Virus record (IMG/VR): IMGVR_UViG_3300024262_000015
Location: 1 to 64,000 of that record
DNA length: 64,000 bases
DNA from: a virus
Strand: one strand, 5' to 3'
The notes under the pieces are model-generated. The model was not told the DNA's origin and ran no database searches. It saw only the letters and a list, made by a program, of their open reading frames with translations. A program made the translations under genes and the position numbers. Positions 48,029-56,735 of the stretch are shown here, piece by piece; position 1 is the first letter of the stretch, and every line of letters begins with the position of its first letter.

Positions 48029-51000
48029 ATGAACCCTCAAGATCTACATAAACGCGCTGAAGTATTCTTAAAACTTGCTCAGACCCTAGAGCCTACCCAA
48101 ACGAATCTTCTGGGTCGTGGTTGGGAATCATTAACCGGAAAATCTCCTAGGTTAACAATGTTTCAGGCCATCCGAGATAAGATACCGCTTTTCTTTCCTG
48201 GTACTGAAAGGGCGCGGCTTTATAGAGAATTACAAACCGTAGATAATGCTATACGCAAAGGTCCATTAGAAGCGGGCAAAGCAGGATCAACTAAAGGAGC
48301 AACGGATTTAAGAGATTTGCTTCGTTCTGCTAAGGAATCTTTAAATGGTGGTTATTACTTAACTGAAGTTGGTGTTATTAAAAGAATTGGTGATATTATA
48401 GGCGCCATAGCTGAAAAAGCAACCGAGCTTCAAGGGTTGCGCGATGAAATTTTAGGTGACTTTTATGGAAGTCCGGGAGAGGCAGATCAAACTGAGGTTT
48501 TAGAAACTTTAGAAGAGATTCGTACTCCAGCACAAGTTAAGAAGAACAGAAGAAAGAAAAGTGATTTAGAGATAGAGGCTGAGCTTTTAAAAGAAGCTCA
48601 GTTATTTGATTATTTTTCCCAACGACAGAGGGATCGTAGAAGGCTTGATAAACTAGATAGGTCGCGCAGACTTCAGATGAAAGCTCTCTATGATGATGCG
48701 GCTCGGGCAGTAGATCAAACTATTGGTCTTCTTAAGGATCTTGGGTCTGATAGGGCAGGCGGTGAGATTACAGATTACTTAAACAAAGCTAGAAGATTTA
48801 ATAGCATTCATAACACTTTAGAAAACCAAATTTCTCAACGATATAATGCGGGTGCTGGTACGCCTGGAGGGTCAGTAAAAGAAATGGCTGATCGTCAAAG
48901 GGATGCTTTAGAACAAGAAATAAAGAGGGCCAAAGAAAAAGAAAAAGCAGATGAGGCACAGCGTAAAAAGGATGCAGAAGAATTTAATGAAAGTTCCCCA
49001 GAAGCCCAAGCGGCAGCAGTTAATCAAGCTGTAAACGAAGCCGAGTCGGATGTTGAGACAGATATTGATGACCTTGATGCCGAATTTCCTTATACTCAAT
49101 CTGATAAAGAATGGGCAAAAGATCTTAAAAAATATTTAAAAGAAAATGGTGTTGATAAGAAAGCGCGCAAAAATATCATAAGCGATATGATAACTCAGGT
49201 TCGCTCAACGGGTGACGCCATGGAGGCATTAGTAACAGAATATATAGAATTTAATGAAGAAAGAAAAGCCGAACAAGACGCTGCTATCATTGCTGAACTT
49301 CAAAAAAAGACTGATGAAGAAAATAAAGCACAAGAGGCGGCAGAAAAGGCAGCGGCCAAAGCTAAGCCTACTAACCCTCGTCCCAAGCCTAAAGATCAAG
49401 ATGAGTTAAAAGAACAAATAGAAAGTTTCTGGAAAGACATTGAAGCTATTGAAGAGACAGATCCAAAAAAGCACAGAGAGGCTTTCTTAGTTGCTGCTAA
49501 AAATTATGAACCTGTAGTTTGGCGCGAATGGGAACGAGTTCAAAACGCTCTTCCTGGATTCCAAACATCAACATCTATAGCTCCGTTTCCTGGCTGGGAT
49601 GCGGTTGAAAAAGGAGCCCAAGACCTTAAAGCAAAACAGGATGCTGCTGATAAAGCCGAGGCCGAGGCAGCAGCGGGAACTCTAGAGCCTACGGTAGAAA
49701 CTGTAGAAACCGCTGATGAGGATACGGCTACAGGAACAGGGGTTGCCGAAGAAAGTATCGTTGAAGAACCGCCCGTTCCTGCTCCCCTTTATCAACAGCT
49801 TGAACAAATGTGGAACCAAATTCGTGATGCTGAAATTGCTAATCCACAAGAAAAATTCTACGATTACTCTAAAAACAATTTCCAAGAAAACATTATTAAT
49901 CCTATTACCTCCGCATTTCCAAAAACCGTTGTAAATAAATTTGTAGAACTTGCGTCCAAAAATCGAGGACGTAATGGCACTCTTAACCCTTATCCTTTAA
50001 ATGCCGAAGGTGAGCCCAAAACTCCAGAAGAGATAGCGGCTGAGACTGTAGTTCCAGAAGTCGAACCGGAGACAGATGTAACAGAAGAAGACGTAACAGA
50101 AGAAGACGTAACAGAAGAAGATGTAACAGAAGAAGATGTAACAGAAGAAGATGTAACAGAAGAAGATGTAACGAGCGAGGTATCTCCCGTAGTCGATCCT
50201 ATTGTTCTTAACTCTGAGCTTTATAATACAATTATTTCTAACCCTGAGTACTTTAGTAATTTTACTGAAGAAAAAGGACAAGAAGCAGTTAGAGTTATGA
50301 ACGAGCTTGTAGAAAGTGCTGAAGGAGAAGATTCTTATTTAACCGACATTGAAGCTTTTCTAAACGAAACTTATGATAGAGATATTGATGAAGCTATTCG
50401 TACGTTAGAAATTGCTTTATCCAACGCCGGCCCCCAACCACAAATAGAAGCTCTGGAAGATGAAGGCGCTGAAAAAACAGGTCCCGAAGATAAGTTTATT
50501 CCGCTAGCTCAACATCAATTGGCAGGCCCTTTAGAAATGGGTATAAATGAAAATCATATTTGGATGAACAACGATATTGATTTTCTAGAACAAGGTTTTA
50601 CGGCTTCTGAAGAAGACATTCAGGCTTTAGCTTTAGACGCCATTACGGAAGCTAACATTGACCCGGAGGATCTTGATGATACCTCTTCGTTGACCTTAGA
50701 GTTTGAGGTTCCTGGACCTGACGGCAACCTTCTTTCTATGACCCTAGACCTAATTAAAACTCAAAATAGGGCTGGACAAGAAATTATTGCGATAACTAAT
50801 TTTACAGAAGAGGGAGTAGCAGAAGCAGAAACAATTATTGAGCCTTTTGATCCTGCTAAAAAAGAAATAACTCCTCTTTCTGAAGGAGTTAAAGAAGGCC
50901 ATTTATGGAAAGAGCCTAGTCTTTCAATTCCAGGCCGAACACCAGCAGCATCGATAAAAGCTTTCCCTGCTTTTGTGCGTGCAATTGCTTACGGACTTAA

Positions 51001-51886
51001 CGCTTTAGGCCCTCTAGAAATAGATAAACTAACATCTCTTGACATTGTATTGACTAGAGGGGACAAGAAGATCCCATTTGAAGTTTTAGTTACTCCTAAA
51101 ATCAAAGATGGAAAAGAAATAGTTGTTGTTGAGGCCATTGAAAGTCCAGTAGCCTCCACGCCATTGGAAGCAGCGGAACCAGAACCAGAACCAGAATCGG
51201 TTCAATCGGAAGAAGAAAAATTAAAAGATAAACCTACACCGGTCGCTACACCAAAAGCACAGCCCTTTACTGGATTTACTGTAGAGGACATTATTTGGCC
51301 TGAACCTGAAGCTACAATTGACCCAGTAATTATGCCAATGTACGAAGCTAATGCCCCTGCAATAATTAATGGTATTACTGCTTATATTATTGGGGACCGA
51401 TTTGTAACACCAACAGGACGCCAACCCAAACTTGGACAAAGAAAAATTAACGTCGAAGACAGGCTGAGAGTTACAGTAAATATTGTAGCTGATGAACAGG
51501 GAAATAGAAAAATTCAAATAGTTAATGTTTCTGGAACCCCTGTTAAACAAGTCAGAAAACCTAAAGAAACAGTTAACATTTTAGGGACCCCAGTGAAACG
51601 ACGCCAAAAGGAACATTCGGAAGAAGTTGAAAAAGCTTCCCCGGAAAAAACCCCTTCTCAGAAAGTCACCCCAGAGGCTCCACCAAAAGAAGAGCCTGCA
51701 AAGACCACACCAGAAGCTGTCTCAGAGGTGGCTGAAGTGGCTGAAGAATCAAGCGGAACCCAAACAGAGACAGAGGTCAAAACGGAGAAGGAGACGTACA
51801 ATCCTGATCCTGCTTCTCTTTTAATAGATGACCCCAATGTTCCTTCTTCTGAAGACGCAGGTCCCGCCCAAGGAAAGCTCTTTTAG
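48029..51886 (+). CDS. Very large acidic putative internal virion/ejection protein
   Basis: AGGAG RBS before ATG 48029; HKRAE, LKLAQ, LKEAQ; Glu/Pro/Thr-rich linkers. Confidence 0.7.
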   Translation: MNPQDLHKRAEVFLKLAQTLEPTQTNLLGRGWESLTGKSPRLTMFQAIRDKIPLFFPGTERARLYRELQTVDNAIRKGPLEAGKAGSTKGATDLRDLLRSAKESLNGGYYLTEVGVIKRIGDIIGAIAEKATELQGLRDEILGDFYGSPGEADQTEVLETLEEIRTPAQVKKNRRKKSDLEIEAELLKEAQLFDYFSQRQRDRRRLDKLDRSRRLQMKALYDDAARAVDQTIGLLKDLGSDRAGGEITDYLNKARRFNSIHNTLENQISQRYNAGAGTPGGSVKEMADRQRDALEQEIKRAKEKEKADEAQRKKDAEEFNESSPEAQAAAVNQAVNEAESDVETDIDDLDAEFPYTQSDKEWAKDLKKYLKENGVDKKARKNIISDMITQVRSTGDAMEALVTEYIEFNEERKAEQDAAIIAELQKKTDEENKAQEAAEKAAAKAKPTNPRPKPKDQDELKEQIESFWKDIEAIEETDPKKHREAFLVAAKNYEPVVWREWERVQNALPGFQTSTSIAPFPGWDAVEKGAQDLKAKQDAADKAEAEAAAGTLEPTVETVETADEDTATGTGVAEESIVEEPPVPAPLYQQLEQMWNQIRDAEIANPQEKFYDYSKNNFQENIINPITSAFPKTVVNKFVELASKNRGRNGTLNPYPLNAEGEPKTPEEIAAETVVPEVEPETDVTEEDVTEEDVTEEDVTEEDVTEEDVTEEDVTSEVSPVVDPIVLNSELYNTIISNPEYFSNFTEEKGQEAVRVMNELVESAEGEDSYLTDIEAFLNETYDRDIDEAIRTLEIALSNAGPQPQIEALEDEGAEKTGPEDKFIPLAQHQLAGPLEMGINENHIWMNNDIDFLEQGFTASEEDIQALALDAITEANIDPEDLDDTSSLTLEFEVPGPDGNLLSMTLDLIKTQNRAGQEIIAITNFTEEGVAEAETIIEPFDPAKKEITPLSEGVKEGHLWKEPSLSIPGRTPAASIKAFPAFVRAIAYGLNALGPLEIDKLTSLDIVLTRGDKKIPFEVLVTPKIKDGKEIVVVEAIESPVASTPLEAAEPEPEPESVQSEEEKLKDKPTPVATPKAQPFTGFTVEDIIWPEPEATIDPVIMPMYEANAPAIINGITAYIIGDRFVTPTGRQPKLGQRKINVEDRLRVTVNIVADEQGNRKIQIVNVSGTPVKQVRKPKETVNILGTPVKRRQKEHSEEVEKASPEKTPSQKVTPEAPPKEEPAKTTPEAVSEVAEVAEESSGTQTETEVKTEKETYNPDPASLLIDDPNVPSSEDAGPAQGKLF
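50075..50173 (+). repeat. 15-nt tandem repeat x6.6 encoding (DVTEE)n
   Basis: ga[t/c]gtaacagaagaa repeated in frame. Confidence 0.97.
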
Positions 51887-51893
51887 GAGATTT

Positions 51894-54188
51894 ATGAATG
51901 AAAAAGAGCAATGGATAAAGTGGGCAGCCGAAGATTTAAACAATACCTCCGATGATGATATTGTTAAAATGGCCGGAGTTATACGGCGCTTCAAAAACTG
52001 GTGGAGAGTTTTATTTAGTCCAGAATATCGAAGAGATCTAACGGACTTAGAACGAGAAAGCGCACAGTTTTTGGAAAGCATGGATGTCTTAGGGAAAAAC
52101 ATTATTCCTAAGCTTCAATCGGCTATTAAAGATAAAGACACAGAGGACTACCGGTTTTATATAACTGAACTTAGAAAATACGTTCCTGTTCTTCAAAAGC
52201 AATTAGCCAATCTTGGATCTTCCACCGAGTCAGCCATCGCAAATGTTCCTGTAGATATGGGCAACATTGAAAAGGGCAAAATAACAAAAGTTTATCGTGT
52301 ATCTAGAGACGATTTAGAAGACCCAGAGATATTAGAAAAACTCGAAATACAACGAGAAGAAGCTGGTTTTGATATCCCCCTTAATATTAAAATAAATAAG
52401 GACTTTAATTCCTTTGATTGGATTCAGGATTTAGGTAGAGATAGTATTAAAATTCAACCAAAAGCGTTAAATCAATTAATATCTGACATCATAATAAATC
52501 TACCTATGCCAAGCGAACGAAAAGCTGCGCAAAGCTTTCTTCAAAAATATAAAAATACAGAACTTACAGAAGATATTAAAGATGCTGTGTGGGATGGAAC
52601 GCTATTAAGTGTAGAACATGCAACAGGAGAAAAAGGCAAACGTTCTGCTAATGATCTTTTTTACTATATTGATGCTACTTTAAAAATTGATCTCCCAGAT
52701 ATTCAAGTTACTTTGCCGGTAACATTTAGAGTTGAAGATCCCAGCCTTACCTCTAAACCTACAGGATTAGATGTAGTAAATATATTTAAGCAAACTGGGG
52801 CAGATATCAAATTTACTAACCCCGTCGCTCTTGAGCTTATTGTTGAAGAGGAGTCAGAGCCCAAATCACGCAGCAAAGGTAAAAGCAAAAGCAAAAGCAA
52901 AAGCAAAAGCAAAAGCAAAAGTGTTGATCTTCCTCAGACTTCGGAAGAAGGGAAGGAAGGAGAGGCAGGGGAGCAAGAAGATGACAAGAAGGAAGATGAT
53001 AAGAAGGAAGATGGTGGTGGTGTTGAATTAGAATTTGATGATGTGGCAATAGATGAAGCTGCTTTAGCAGAAAAGGCTCGGGGACGTGCTGAAGCTGGAG
53101 GGACCATCTTTGATTCGTTTCTTACAAAGCTAGGTCAACAAAATTTTTTAAACTACTTAAACCAGCCTGCTCCAAGCAAATCTGTAAACCAGCCTGCTCC
53201 AAGCAAATCTGTAAACCAGAAAGCTCCTATCTCTGAAAAAGAGGTGGTGGTTAAAGATAAAGAAGGAGATGCAGCGATAGGAACATTTAAAGGAGAGCTT
53301 GCGGTTTTTCTTCCAGACCAAACTAGAGTTGGAGGCACAAAAGCCTGGAGAAACAATAACCCTGGAAACTTACGTTTGCCTACTGCATGGAAATTTTATG
53401 GCGCTGTAGGACGTGGCGGAAACATGGCCATCTTTCCAAATTTAGAAGCGGGTCGAGAAGCCTTAGAAAAATATATTCAGGTTCAAGGCATTAACAAAAA
53501 CTTTACTATTGCTAATTTTATAAAAATGTACGCCCCTGCTGAAGATTCCAATGACCCGAAGAGCTATGCAGCGTCAGTAGCTAGAGATCTGGGAGTGTCA
53601 GTTAACGCCCCTTTAAAGGGTCTTAGTATACCTGAGATTGCCGATGCCATTACTAGAGTGGAAGGATGGAGGGCTGGCCAGGTGCTTGGACCTACAGCAC
53701 CAGATGAGCCAGCTTCTACTCAAGAACGTTGGGCTCAATTTGATAATGCTAAACAAAATAAGCTTTTGATTAATGAACTTAATTCTCTACAGAATTTTTT
53801 TACCCAAGCCTCACCGGATGAAAAGCGCTTTCAAAAAGAGTTAATTCGCAGATCGTTGCCAGAAACCATTATCTCTATAAAGATAGGATCTCCTGATTAT
53901 CCACCTTACGCTTTAAAGGTAGCTGACGTAACTCGTTCAGCTTTAAGAGAGGAGCTTGGGGCAGAAGTTTCCATTAAAGGTGAGCCCAAAAGCTTTATCA
54001 TTGAGGCCGCTCTTCATGGCAGTCCTTCAATTGTTAAGAACGCTGTGAAAGAAGTTTGCTTAAGTATAAGTAAAAATTTTAATACTTTAAAACCAATAAC
54101 TTTCAATATAAACAATAGTACCGAGTCAGATTTACCGCTTATTAACTACGAGGATATGGAATGGCAACTGAACAAACTAAGAAGCTAA
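51894..54188 (+). CDS. Multidomain virion protein with lysozyme-like (RNNNPGN) domain
   Basis: AGGAG RBS before ATG 51894; AWRNNNPGNLR...AIFP..EAG..AL...TIANFI..YAP..SNDP.SY...AI..VEG at ~53320-53670. Confidence 0.75.
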   Translation: MNEKEQWIKWAAEDLNNTSDDDIVKMAGVIRRFKNWWRVLFSPEYRRDLTDLERESAQFLESMDVLGKNIIPKLQSAIKDKDTEDYRFYITELRKYVPVLQKQLANLGSSTESAIANVPVDMGNIEKGKITKVYRVSRDDLEDPEILEKLEIQREEAGFDIPLNIKINKDFNSFDWIQDLGRDSIKIQPKALNQLISDIIINLPMPSERKAAQSFLQKYKNTELTEDIKDAVWDGTLLSVEHATGEKGKRSANDLFYYIDATLKIDLPDIQVTLPVTFRVEDPSLTSKPTGLDVVNIFKQTGADIKFTNPVALELIVEEESEPKSRSKGKSKSKSKSKSKSKSVDLPQTSEEGKEGEAGEQEDDKKEDDKKEDGGGVELEFDDVAIDEAALAEKARGRAEAGGTIFDSFLTKLGQQNFLNYLNQPAPSKSVNQPAPSKSVNQKAPISEKEVVVKDKEGDAAIGTFKGELAVFLPDQTRVGGTKAWRNNNPGNLRLPTAWKFYGAVGRGGNMAIFPNLEAGREALEKYIQVQGINKNFTIANFIKMYAPAEDSNDPKSYAASVARDLGVSVNAPLKGLSIPEIADAITRVEGWRAGQVLGPTAPDEPASTQERWAQFDNAKQNKLLINELNSLQNFFTQASPDEKRFQKELIRRSLPETIISIKIGSPDYPPYALKVADVTRSALREELGAEVSIKGEPKSFIIEAALHGSPSIVKNAVKEVCLSISKNFNTLKPITFNINNSTESDLPLINYEDMEWQLNKLRS
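52881..52922 (+). repeat. (AAAAGC)n microsatellite encoding (KS)7
   Basis: Six perfect copies plus aaaagt. Confidence 0.95.
53158..53219 (+). repeat. 27-nt tandem duplication encoding NQPAPSKSV
   Basis: taaaccagcctgctccaagcaaatctg x2 plus a partial third copy. Confidence 0.95.
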
Positions 54189-54484
54189 CAAGCTTTGCGG
54201 AAGTAGCAGGCTCTAGATACAATGGCATAATGGTTCATGTTTATTTTTCCGAAAGTGCAGGTCGAACTAAGTGGGAACAGTTCGATATTGAAGAAAAGAA
54301 TGTAGTTACAGGAAAAATTATAGGAGCGGCAGGAGATTGCTTGTTCTTAGAGTGGAAAGGTAAAAGCGGCGTTTCTGTAGAGGTTTGTTTAAATGGTCTC
54401 TTAATCGTGGGAATTGCTCCTTACTCTAAGGACCTACCGGAAATTTTTGCAGAGGCTTGGAAGCTTGACAGAACAAGGTCTTAA
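54161..54484 (+). CDS. Small beta-rich protein, possibly Sm-like fold
   Basis: GIMVHVYF...VTGKIIGAAGDCLFLE...VCLNGLLIVGI. Confidence 0.5.
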   Translation: MATEQTKKLTSFAEVAGSRYNGIMVHVYFSESAGRTKWEQFDIEEKNVVTGKIIGAAGDCLFLEWKGKSGVSVEVCLNGLLIVGIAPYSKDLPEIFAEAWKLDRTRS

Positions 54485-54771
54485 TGTTGGAGAAACTGAG
54501 AAAATTAGCTCAATCTCTTCGGGAGGCTGGGGAAAACGAGCTTGCTGATGGGGTTTGTTGTGCTTTTGCAGCGCTTAGTGGCCAAAAACGTCCCCAAGTA
54601 GACTTAACTTTCTCATCAGTTTTAAGAGACTTAAGAAAAAAATCCCCTGAAAACGTTCGACCGTTCCAAAAGTTATTTAAAGAAAAGTTTGATGAAGCGT
54701 TAATAGCAGAAATTGATGATCCAGAAGAAGCCGCCCTAATGGAGTGTATTGGAAAGGGTAATTTTGTCTAA
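54484..54771 (+). CDS. Small helical head-region protein
   Basis: TAATG-coupled; LRKLAQ.L...GE.ELAD. Confidence 0.7.
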   Translation: MLEKLRKLAQSLREAGENELADGVCCAFAALSGQKRPQVDLTFSSVLRDLRKKSPENVRPFQKLFKEKFDEALIAEIDDPEEAALMECIGKGNFV

Positions 54772-55939
54772 ATTTCCTGTGCGCTTTTCTCAAGTGGACT
54801 CTAACCTTTTAAGGGGTGGCGAACCTAGTCCTAAGCATTTAGAGCTACTTAAGAAAATAGGAATTAAACGAATTGTGTCCTTAGATCAAGAAATTGGGGA
54901 GGAGATTGATCCATTTTGTAAAAAAAATAACATACAACATATTACATTACCACTACAAGATGGAGAAAGTTCTGCTGTTAAATTTTTGCCATTAGTTGCT
55001 AAAGCTCTAAATGATGTTCCAACCTATGTACATTGTCGCCTTGGTCGAGATCGTACTGGTATGGCTATAGCAATTTATAGAATGCTCGTTAATGGTTGGA
55101 GTCTTAAAGATGCTTTAACTGAGGCTAAAGGCTTTGGAATGGGCAATGGAATGTCCGATGAAGCGAGCAAAACCTTTTACGATGCAGTTAAAAGTTTTGG
55201 TCGAAGCGGAGAAGACATTAACAACGGCCTCTCTATTGTAGATATCCAAAGAGATGAATTTGCTTTTGATCAACGTCCTCCAGGCGTTGATGACCAATCT
55301 AAGGCTAATCCGCTGCTAAAATCACTGGCTCCTTACGGAAGCGCTGATAACTTTGGAGGAACAACCGAAATATATATAGACGAAGATCAAAGCAGCATGA
55401 CTTATCCGTATTGGAACAGTCCTCAAAAAGATAAATTATGGGATTTAACAAATAGAATTTATAAGTACTGCCAACCATCAGATGCATTAAGTAGAAATAA
55501 GCTTTGGTATGCCGATCCTGCTTCCGCTAAAGCTCATGCTGAAGGAAACTTAAAAAATGCTAAAATGTTTACAGCTTTAATTAGCCCCCTAGCTAAAGGA
55601 ATTACTCATCCTTCAAATGCCAATAAGCGTTTAGTTCATGATGCAATGTTCCAAGGTTATGATATTGTTTGTTTCGTTCCAATAATGGGAATAAAGGAGG
55701 CATTAGTAATTAACCCTACAGCCATAACTGATTTACAAAGCCCCCAAGAAAGAGAGGGAGAGGATGTAAATAACAACATGGGCATTCCTCTTCAGCCAGG
55801 GGTACAGAACTTTGCCCAATACAACGGGCTAGCTCAGTATAACTTTCCTGGAAGCTCTGCTGGAATGTCTGGGCTAATGGAGGGAGTCACTGGTGGGTTG
55901 GCTGGAGTAATGACTCTTCCATATGGTCTTAACTTTTAA
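54749..55939 (+). CDS. Cys-based (PTP/DSP-like) phosphatase fused to an ART-like domain
   Basis: LLRGGEP, GIKRIVSL, PTYVHCRLGRDRTG; second domain ...AKAHA...GYDIV...EALVINP. Confidence 0.85.
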   Translation: MERVILSKFPVRFSQVDSNLLRGGEPSPKHLELLKKIGIKRIVSLDQEIGEEIDPFCKKNNIQHITLPLQDGESSAVKFLPLVAKALNDVPTYVHCRLGRDRTGMAIAIYRMLVNGWSLKDALTEAKGFGMGNGMSDEASKTFYDAVKSFGRSGEDINNGLSIVDIQRDEFAFDQRPPGVDDQSKANPLLKSLAPYGSADNFGGTTEIYIDEDQSSMTYPYWNSPQKDKLWDLTNRIYKYCQPSDALSRNKLWYADPASAKAHAEGNLKNAKMFTALISPLAKGITHPSNANKRLVHDAMFQGYDIVCFVPIMGIKEALVINPTAITDLQSPQEREGEDVNNNMGIPLQPGVQNFAQYNGLAQYNFPGSSAGMSGLMEGVTGGLAGVMTLPYGLNF

Positions 55940-55959
55940 GCAATAAGAAAACATTTTTA

Positions 55960-56583
55960 ATGATGATTAAACGCGCTTATTCTGTCCAAATGTCTTTTGA
56001 TATTCCTGATGAGCAAAAGAATATTGCCCTTCAAGCTAAAAGAGCCTTCGAAGAGGTCATAAGTCGTCTTCGAATTGCTAAGCGATATTTAAATAAAATC
56101 TACGAACCATTTTCAGACTTAAAAGAATCTGACCCGGATGAAATCTACCAACACCGTTTAGTTTTTAGACGATATAGAAATCAAGTAAAGGAATATTATC
56201 AAGAAGTTTTAGCTCAAATACAGAAGGCCACTCTTTTAATGACTTCATTTTCTAGTGATTTGGATGTAGTAGAAATGTTGGATTCGTTTGCAAATATTGT
56301 TCATTATTTAAAAGATGATGTAAATACTTTGCTTGGTGATTTCTCTCAATTACGTAATCCTAAATTCCCTGAACTTTTAACTAAAGACATAGATCAAATT
56401 AAAGAAGACACAGATGAGATAAAGGAAATATTAAATGATAGAGTTTTAGAATACTTAGACACTAATATTTTGGCAAAGAATTGGATTAGCGGTATAACAA
56501 ACGAAGAAAGTACTAAGTTGTTTGAAAACTCTCCACTAATCGTTGAGCTTTTCAAGGAACGACAAAAGGTGTTAGGAAAATAA
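55960..56583 (+). CDS. Helical head-region protein
   Basis: Starts MMIKRAY. Confidence 0.7.
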   Translation: MMIKRAYSVQMSFDIPDEQKNIALQAKRAFEEVISRLRIAKRYLNKIYEPFSDLKESDPDEIYQHRLVFRRYRNQVKEYYQEVLAQIQKATLLMTSFSSDLDVVEMLDSFANIVHYLKDDVNTLLGDFSQLRNPKFPELLTKDIDQIKEDTDEIKEILNDRVLEYLDTNILAKNWISGITNEESTKLFENSPLIVELFKERQKVLGK

Positions 56584-56735
56584 TGGGTTTCATTAAACGC
56601 TCTGAAGGTCAAATAAAGAAAGTTGTAAAGCTTGATACGACTGAAGAGCAAGTTCAAGAAAAATTAGACCACCTAAAAGAGTCTTTAGGTATGGCGGAAG
56701 ACGAGCCTAAAGAAGAGGAGCAAGGTGCTAATTAA
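56583..56735 (+). CDS. Small protein (50 aa)
   Basis: Not on the track. TAATG overlap, AGGA RBS; MGFIKRSEGQIKKVV...EEEQGAN. Confidence 0.65.
   Translation: MGFIKRSEGQIKKVVKLDTTEEQVQEKLDHLKESLGMAEDEPKEEEQGAN

Noticed and set aside
50075-50173. CRISPR-like repeat array
   Set aside because: 15-nt units with no spacers, in frame inside a CDS.
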